Positions 58,747-64,000 of a DNA stretch of 64,000 bases are shown here, piece by piece (position 1 is the stretch's first letter; every line of letters begins with the position of its first letter). The stretch spans positions 1,336-65,335 of the forward strand of contig CAZNZF010000002.1 in the NCBI GenBank assembly GCA_964577465.1, in the 5' to 3' direction. The notes beneath the pieces are model-generated. The model made no database searches, was not told the origin of the DNA, and saw nothing but the letters and a program-made list of their open reading frames with translations. A program made the translations under genes and the position numbers. This DNA comes from an uncultured bacterium (GTDB lineage: Bacteria > RBG-13-66-14).

Positions 58747-59376
58747 GTGAGAACCGGCCTCATCAGGAGCGGCATCCTCCTCTCCGTCCTGGCGCACCTG
58801 CTGCTCCTGAGGGGGCTGGTCGCCGGAACGGGTTCCGTGGAGCCGCCATCGAGGGCCTGCAACGAGTTACCCATCGCGGTGAGCCTCCAATCCTCCGAGG
58901 CGGTCGTCGAGCCGCCGGGGATGCCCGAGATTCTCGTCCCGGTGCCGACGACCGTACCGGCCTCTGTGAAGACCGAGCTTACCGCGGATTCCGCGGGAAT
59001 CGAGGCCCCGCAGCTTTCGCCGGAAACGATGAACCTCGGCGGACCGATTGGTGAGGCCGACCTCGGCCCCTCCCCCGATACGCCCTCTACCGCCCGCGTG
59101 GTCGAGCCGACCGGGAGATACCTCCCCGACGCCCCGCCCCTGAAGCTGAACGACCGCCGCTGGGAAGGCGAGGTCAGGGTGGGCGTGTACGTCACGCCGG
59201 ACGGCCGGCCGGGGAAGGTGTGGGTCATCGAGAGCTCGGGCCGCCGCGAGGCCGACCTGGACGCCCTGGACTTCTTCGCCAAAACGCTGTGGAATCCGGC
59301 CACCGTGGACGGTGAGCCGGTGGGCTGGGTGCTGGAGCGGACCGTCGCCTACCGCCAGCGGGAGTATTTCCCCTGA
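58747..59376 (+). CDS. TonB family protein (paralog)
   Basis: N-terminal TM anchor. Pro-rich linker. C-terminal WEGEVRVGVYVTPDGRPGKVWVIESSGRREAD. Confidence 0.7.
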   Translation: MRTGLIRSGILLSVLAHLLLLRGLVAGTGSVEPPSRACNELPIAVSLQSSEAVVEPPGMPEILVPVPTTVPASVKTELTADSAGIEAPQLSPETMNLGGPIGEADLGPSPDTPSTARVVEPTGRYLPDAPPLKLNDRRWEGEVRVGVYVTPDGRPGKVWVIESSGRREADLDALDFFAKTLWNPATVDGEPVGWVLERTVAYRQREYFP

Positions 59377-59480
59377 CCCGACCAGTTCCTAATAAACGGA
59401 GACAAGGGGTTTAAACCCCTTGCCTATAGAATAGAAGAAGCGAGCCGTGGGGCCCGCTTTTTTATCGTGGAATACCTGGC

Positions 59481-60896
59481 TCACAGGTCGACGCGGACCT
59501 TCAGGTACACCTCGTCGTTGGTCTCCATCCCGGCGAACTTGGAGTCGCCCTCGCCCTCGAGCCAGTAACCGCCGAGAATTACGTTCAATCCCGTGAGCGG
59601 CTCGTAGGTCAGCTCGGGCAGCAGGATGAACCCCCAGTTCTGGTCGAGCGTGTCGAAGTCGGGCACCTCCACCCCCGCGGCCAGGCGGATTTTCAGCACG
59701 TCGTAGAACAGGCCCTTCTCCAGGGCGAGGACGAAGTAGTCGCCCATCTCGGCGGCGCCGCGCTCGTCGTACAGGCCGTGGATGTACTGGAGCTGCGTGT
59801 ACCACCCGTCGAAGCTGTAATCGATGCCGCCCATCCACTTGAAGAACGCGCCCCTGGGGTAGAGGACCGTCTCGGTGGTTCCGAGGGGGCTGGTCTGGGT
59901 CTGGACTATGTCCTCGGGGTAGACGTAGGCCGCCGCCTCGCCCCACAGGCCGATGTCGAAAACGTCGGCGGCGAAGGAGGCCCCGATGATGTGCCGCCGG
60001 GGGAAGGTGCCCCGGGCGGTGACGTTCACCGGGATGGTGAAGGGCGGCGCGTCGGGGTCCACGGTCATCTCGACGGTCATATCGGTGGCCACCGGGAGGT
60101 GTTCCCGGGTGTAGAGGTAGGCCAGTTCGAGGTCCACCGGCCCCAGGCTGCCCCTGAACCGGGCGCCGTACTGGGCGGATTCGGCCAGGGAGGATTCCGG
60201 CTGCTCGACGGGAGTGGAGAGCTGCGACAGCCACAGCGGCATCCCCATGAACTCGCCGAGGTCCATTTGCGAAACCTCCTGCCACCGCGCGGCGGGGAGA
60301 CGGGCCGGGGTGAAGGTGGGAACGAAAATGCCTTCCATGAACCAGGTGCCCGAGAACCAGCCGGTCAGGCGCACCATGTTCACCCCCAGGTGCTCGCCGA
60401 AATCCAGCGGGTCCTCGTAGTCGCCGGGATTGACCTCGTCGTAGGTCCGCAGCTTGTCGCCGACCCCCCAGCCGACCTCCTGCTTGCCGATGGAGATGTC
60501 CACCGGGTCGAGGGGCAGGCCGTAGAGGTTGAGGTAGGCGCTCTCGAGCTCCAGGCTCCACGGGTCCACGTAGCCGATGTACTCCAGGTCGGCCGAGGAA
60601 GCGGCGGTGGAGAATCCCAGCCCGCGCAGGCGCAGGCTGCCGGCGGCCTCGGCCTTCTCCCACTTGGTCGCCACGGAGAGGAATAGGTCGTTTTCGTTGT
60701 AGGTGAAGGTTTGGGGCGGCTCGGTCAGGTGGCGCAGGTCCGCGGTGATGGTGGCGCCCAGCTCGACTTCGGGGACCAGACCTGAATCCTCGACCACGAC
60801 GCCGGGGTCGTCCTCGGGGTACTCGACCTCGCCCTCCTGGGCCGACGCGACGGCCGCCAGGAGCGTGAGAAAAAACACTACGGGTAAACGTTTCAT
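59481..60896 (-). CDS. Outer-membrane beta-barrel protein (DUF1302-like), secreted
   Basis: Signal peptide MKRLPVVFFLTLLAAVASA. Alternating amphipathic beta-strand pattern. C-terminal aromatic residue. Confidence 0.6.
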   Translation of the reverse strand: MKRLPVVFFLTLLAAVASAQEGEVEYPEDDPGVVVEDSGLVPEVELGATITADLRHLTEPPQTFTYNENDLFLSVATKWEKAEAAGSLRLRGLGFSTAASSADLEYIGYVDPWSLELESAYLNLYGLPLDPVDISIGKQEVGWGVGDKLRTYDEVNPGDYEDPLDFGEHLGVNMVRLTGWFSGTWFMEGIFVPTFTPARLPAARWQEVSQMDLGEFMGMPLWLSQLSTPVEQPESSLAESAQYGARFRGSLGPVDLELAYLYTREHLPVATDMTVEMTVDPDAPPFTIPVNVTARGTFPRRHIIGASFAADVFDIGLWGEAAAYVYPEDIVQTQTSPLGTTETVLYPRGAFFKWMGGIDYSFDGWYTQLQYIHGLYDERGAAEMGDYFVLALEKGLFYDVLKIRLAAGVEVPDFDTLDQNWGFILLPELTYEPLTGLNVILGGYWLEGEGDSKFAGMETNDEVYLKVRVDL

Positions 60897-60940
60897 AAAA
60901 TCCCCCCGATGGGGCAAGGGGTTAAAACCCCTTGTCGCCG

Positions 60941-61672
60941 TTATTTCTTGAGCTCGCGCTGGCTGAAGAAGGACGACTCGAGGCCGGTGTCGTACTCCAC
61001 GCTGGAGATGGTGATTTGGGTCTTGTGGCCCGTCCTTTGGTCGACCATCAGGAGGGCGCCCAGGGTCGTGTAGCCGTCCCGGACCGAAACCGACCCCGTG
61101 GTCATACGCTTCAGGAGTCCCGAGGAGTCGTAGAAGTCTATGCGGTCGAAGACCCAGGTGTCCCGGTCGACCCACATGTAGAGACTGGAATAGGCGGTAT
61201 CGGCGCCGGACTTCGGGACGAGCTTGAGCTTGTACTGCGCGTCGGTGGTCTGGACCAGCTCCGCCGTGTAATCCGCGGAGTAGTCGTAGCTCGCCAGGTC
61301 CTTGTAGCTGAAATCGGTGTTGTGAAATCCCTCGTTGCGGGCGTGACCGGCGATGCGGCGGACGTCGGCCCGGCTGGGGGAGTAGAAGTACATCTCGTCC
61401 TCACCCAGCACCAGGAAGCCTATGCCCTTCACCGAGGACGGGGAGGTGTACTTGATCATCCGCTTCTCGTCGCCCAGGGTCCAAATTTTTATCGTCGATG
61501 TTTGGCTGGAGCCTTCGGCGTCGGTGACGGTTATTTTATACACCGCGGTCATGTCGGCCGCGCCGGTGAGGGTGTCGGAGATTTTGTCCAGAATGCCCTG
61601 GGCGGTGATGGCCAGGGCGGGCGCGCACGCGCCGAGGGCCAGAATCAGGCTGATTGAGGTTAACCGTCTCAT
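60941..61672 (-). CDS. LolA-like outer membrane lipoprotein-sorting protein family
   Basis: Signal peptide with LGAC lipobox. LolA-like length and pattern. ATGA-overlapped with the upstream MMPL gene. Confidence 0.65.
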   Translation of the reverse strand: MRRLTSISLILALGACAPALAITAQGILDKISDTLTGAADMTAVYKITVTDAEGSSQTSTIKIWTLGDEKRMIKYTSPSSVKGIGFLVLGEDEMYFYSPSRADVRRIAGHARNEGFHNTDFSYKDLASYDYSADYTAELVQTTDAQYKLKLVPKSGADTAYSSLYMWVDRDTWVFDRIDFYDSSGLLKRMTTGSVSVRDGYTTLGALLMVDQRTGHKTQITISSVEYDTGLESSFFSQRELKK

Positions 61673-64000
61673 TCGTTCTCCTTCTTCGAGGTAGGGAGTT
61701 TTAACCCCTTGTTGAAAATGAATTTAGGTCGGAAGGTGAAGTAGATGGCCGGGAGGATGACCAGCGCCGCCAGGGAGCTGGCGACCATGGTCACCGCCAC
61801 CAGGACGCCGAACTGGCGCAGGGGAATGATTTCGCTGGCCAGGAGCACCAGGAAGCCGGCGGCGACGCTCGCGGCGTTGATGATGACCGCGCGCCCCGTG
61901 GTGGCCAGGACCCGCTCCAGGGCCGTGACCGGGCTTTCAGACCGCGCGAGCTCGCGGCGGAACGACTCCGTGAAATGAATCGTGTAGTCCACCCCGATGC
62001 CGATGACCAGGCTGGCTATCATCATGGTGACGAAGTCCAGCGGGATGCCCCACAGCGCCATGATGGCGAAATTTAAGAGAATCGTCAGCAGGATGGGTAT
62101 CGAGGCCAACAGACCGCCGACGACGTTGCGCATGATCAGCAGGAGGAGGAAAAAGACCAGCACGTAGGCGATGGCCATGGAGGTCTTCTGGTTGTCCACC
62201 AGCTTGCCCTCCATGACGCCGTAGATGCTGGGGAAGCCGCTCTGTGTGATGAGCAGGGGGACGATTTCGGTGGGGGCCTCCCCGGTCAGGCGCCAGGCCA
62301 AGTCCGACGGCACGTAGGCCGTGCGGTCGGTGAGCTCGAATAGGGCCCCGCGCAGGTCGGAGACGAACTCCGCGTCGGCGGAAAAAGGCTCGGGCAACCT
62401 TCTCAGAACTTTTCCCGTCCAGCGGTCCACCACGCCGTTCTGGACCAGATGGGTCGTCCGCTTGGCGATGATGTCGGCGAGCCAGTCCGGGTCGTCGGGG
62501 TATTTTGCCAGGTAGGTCGGCGGCAGGGCGCCCGCGACGGCGGCGGAGATTTCCGCCGGGTCGGGGTACAGGTCCCCGCCGGGCCGCCAGACGCCGGCGA
62601 TGGCCGCAGCCAAACGCTCCTGTGCCGGCCCGTCGTCCAGGAGCACGTCGCCGGAATTTTTCACGTAGTCCTCCACCCAGGGACCCAGGGTGCCGGCGAT
62701 GGTTTCGGCGTCCATCGAGACCGGCTCGGCGAGCCCCGTTTCCCGGAGCGCGCGGAGAGCCTCCTCCCGGCTCAGGTCCAAACCGCGGTACAGCGCGTCC
62801 CGGGATAGCCCCCAGGCGAGCCAACCGAGCTGGTAGTCCCGCAGCTCGTCGAAGGCCGTCTCGTCCAGGTCGGCCACGGTGACCGGCGACTCCAGCCGCG
62901 GGACGTCGTGCTTGAGAAACTCCTCCACCACCTGGTTGTGGACAATCATCTCCTGAGTCCGGGAGCTGGAGACGTTGGTGATTATCACCGCCTCGGTTTC
63001 CGTGTTTTCATCGTTGTCGGCCTGGACCTCAGCCGGTGCCGGCGTCTGGTAGAAGGCGCTCTGGCGGCGTATCACCTCCGGCGGGTAGTAGCCGCCCCGG
63101 GCGATCAAGTTTTTCAAGAGGTCGTTGCCCTCGATGAGGTAGAACAGCTCGTTGATCCCGGCGCGGGTCGGCGGTATTCGCCGCTCGTCGTATAGGTTGA
63201 AAGAGAGTTCGCTCAGGAGCGCCCCGATGCTCTGTGCCCCGTGACCCACCTCGGAACGCATCAGCTTCTCGATGCGCTCCATGCGCGCCAGGACGCTGGG
63301 GTGGCGGATGTCCCCCTGTACGTAGACCTGCATCGGCACGCTGCCGCCGAAGTGCCTCTCGATTACCCGCTCGCTCGAGCGCATGGTGGAGTCCTCCGGG
63401 AAGAACTCGACCAGGTTCACCTCGCGCCGCACGTAGGGAAGGGCGATCACGCCCGCCACGAAGAGGACCAGGACGCCGAGGCTTATGAGCCTGGGACGGT
63501 GCTCGATGAAACGGCTCACCGCGTGGGAAATCCTTCCCGGCTCGACCATGCGGTTCACGAAATCCCGCTTGACCGAGCCGCCGATTATGGCCAGGACCGC
63601 CGGGACCAGGGTCAGGGCGATGACTGTGGCCGCGAACACGCCGAAGGCGGCGAACAGACCCATCTCCCGGATAATCTGTATATTGGCGCTCGCCAGGGAG
63701 CCGAAGCCGACCACCGTGGTCAGTCCGGCGAAGAGTACCGGGAGGCCGACGTGGGAGAAGGCCCGCCGGGTGGCCTCGCGCCGGTCGTCCACCAGCCGCC
63801 GCTCGTCCACGTACCGGCTTACCACGTGGATGGCGTAGGCCGAGCCCACCGCCACCAGCACCACCGGGAGTACGCCGGTCATGATTGAGATGGGGGTCCC
63901 GGTGAGCCCCATGAGCCCCAGGCTCCAGACAACCGCGAACCCCACCCCCGCCAGCGGCAGGAACACCCCCGCCAGCCGGCGGTAGAAGAGCCCTAAAACC
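61669..64000 (-). CDS. MMPL/RND superfamily exporter (5' end beyond window)
   Basis: Two 6-TM bundles with large periplasmic loops. MMPL-type motifs (GIDYTIHF, GVVLTAG-like). The ORF continues to the window edge. Confidence 0.75.
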   Translation of the reverse strand, partial: VLGLFYRRLAGVFLPLAGVGFAVVWSLGLMGLTGTPISIMTGVLPVVLVAVGSAYAIHVVSRYVDERRLVDDRREATRRAFSHVGLPVLFAGLTTVVGFGSLASANIQIIREMGLFAAFGVFAATVIALTLVPAVLAIIGGSVKRDFVNRMVEPGRISHAVSRFIEHRPRLISLGVLVLFVAGVIALPYVRREVNLVEFFPEDSTMRSSERVIERHFGGSVPMQVYVQGDIRHPSVLARMERIEKLMRSEVGHGAQSIGALLSELSFNLYDERRIPPTRAGINELFYLIEGNDLLKNLIARGGYYPPEVIRRQSAFYQTPAPAEVQADNDENTETEAVIITNVSSSRTQEMIVHNQVVEEFLKHDVPRLESPVTVADLDETAFDELRDYQLGWLAWGLSRDALYRGLDLSREEALRALRETGLAEPVSMDAETIAGTLGPWVEDYVKNSGDVLLDDGPAQERLAAAIAGVWRPGGDLYPDPAEISAAVAGALPPTYLAKYPDDPDWLADIIAKRTTHLVQNGVVDRWTGKVLRRLPEPFSADAEFVSDLRGALFELTDRTAYVPSDLAWRLTGEAPTEIVPLLITQSGFPSIYGVMEGKLVDNQKTSMAIAYVLVFFLLLLIMRNVVGGLLASIPILLTILLNFAIMALWGIPLDFVTMMIASLVIGIGVDYTIHFTESFRRELARSESPVTALERVLATTGRAVIINAASVAAGFLVLLASEIIPLRQFGVLVAVTMVASSLAALVILPAIYFTFRPKFIFNKGLKLPTSKKENE

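Noticed and set aside
1-64000. tRNA, rRNA, transposase, integrase or prophage genes
   Set aside because: I scanned all intergenic regions longer than 60 nt for T-loop-like GGTTCGA(A/T)TCC motifs and cloverleaf-capable segments and found none. No ORF shows DDE/HUH transposase, tyrosine recombinase or phage structural-protein signatures.

Overview
This is a high-GC (~65%) bacterial chromosomal window, apparently from an anaerobic diderm lineage. Supporting clues are a Kdo transferase, a superoxide reductase, and a T9SS-type C-terminal sorting domain on a secreted S8 protease. Conserved housekeeping genes found: yicC-gmk, a NifS/IscS-type cysteine desulfurase next to rex, rimP-nusA-infB, miaA, glgA, dtd, hutU, dnaA (with consensus DnaA boxes upstream), waaA/kdtA, an MtnA/eIF-2B family isomerase, and an IMPDH/GMPR-family protein. 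Accessory content: sugar-nucleotide modification genes (DegT aminotransferase with a GT2; a WbpB-like oxidoreductase with a WbpD-like acetyltransferase); a PadR regulator with an ABC-2 exporter; an anaerobic oxidative-stress cluster (two DUF1858 proteins, two bacterioferritin-like proteins, a 1Fe superoxide reductase) next to hutU; three tandem paralogous polytopic membrane proteins with GT-C glycosyltransferase-like architecture plus a small secreted protein; two MFS transporters; two SAM methyltransferases; a standalone B12-binding radical SAM enzyme; a macro-domain protein; a membrane Zn-metallopeptidase; a ~990-aa HEAT-repeat lipoprotein; a ~957-aa TPR protein; two TonB paralogs; and an outer-membrane barrel / LolA-like / MMPL exporter module. 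Non-coding highlights: a REP/BIME-like dispersed repeat family (GTAG(G) followed by a GC-rich hairpin) at three intergenic loci; several strongly AT-rich intergenic islands that look like operator regions; a single ORF with an abrupt GC-rich to AT-rich switch, suggesting a recombined 3' cassette; and many rho-independent terminators. No tRNA, rRNA, CRISPR array, transposase or integrase was recognised. Many long ORFs on non-coding frames and antisense strands are high-GC artefacts and were not called.
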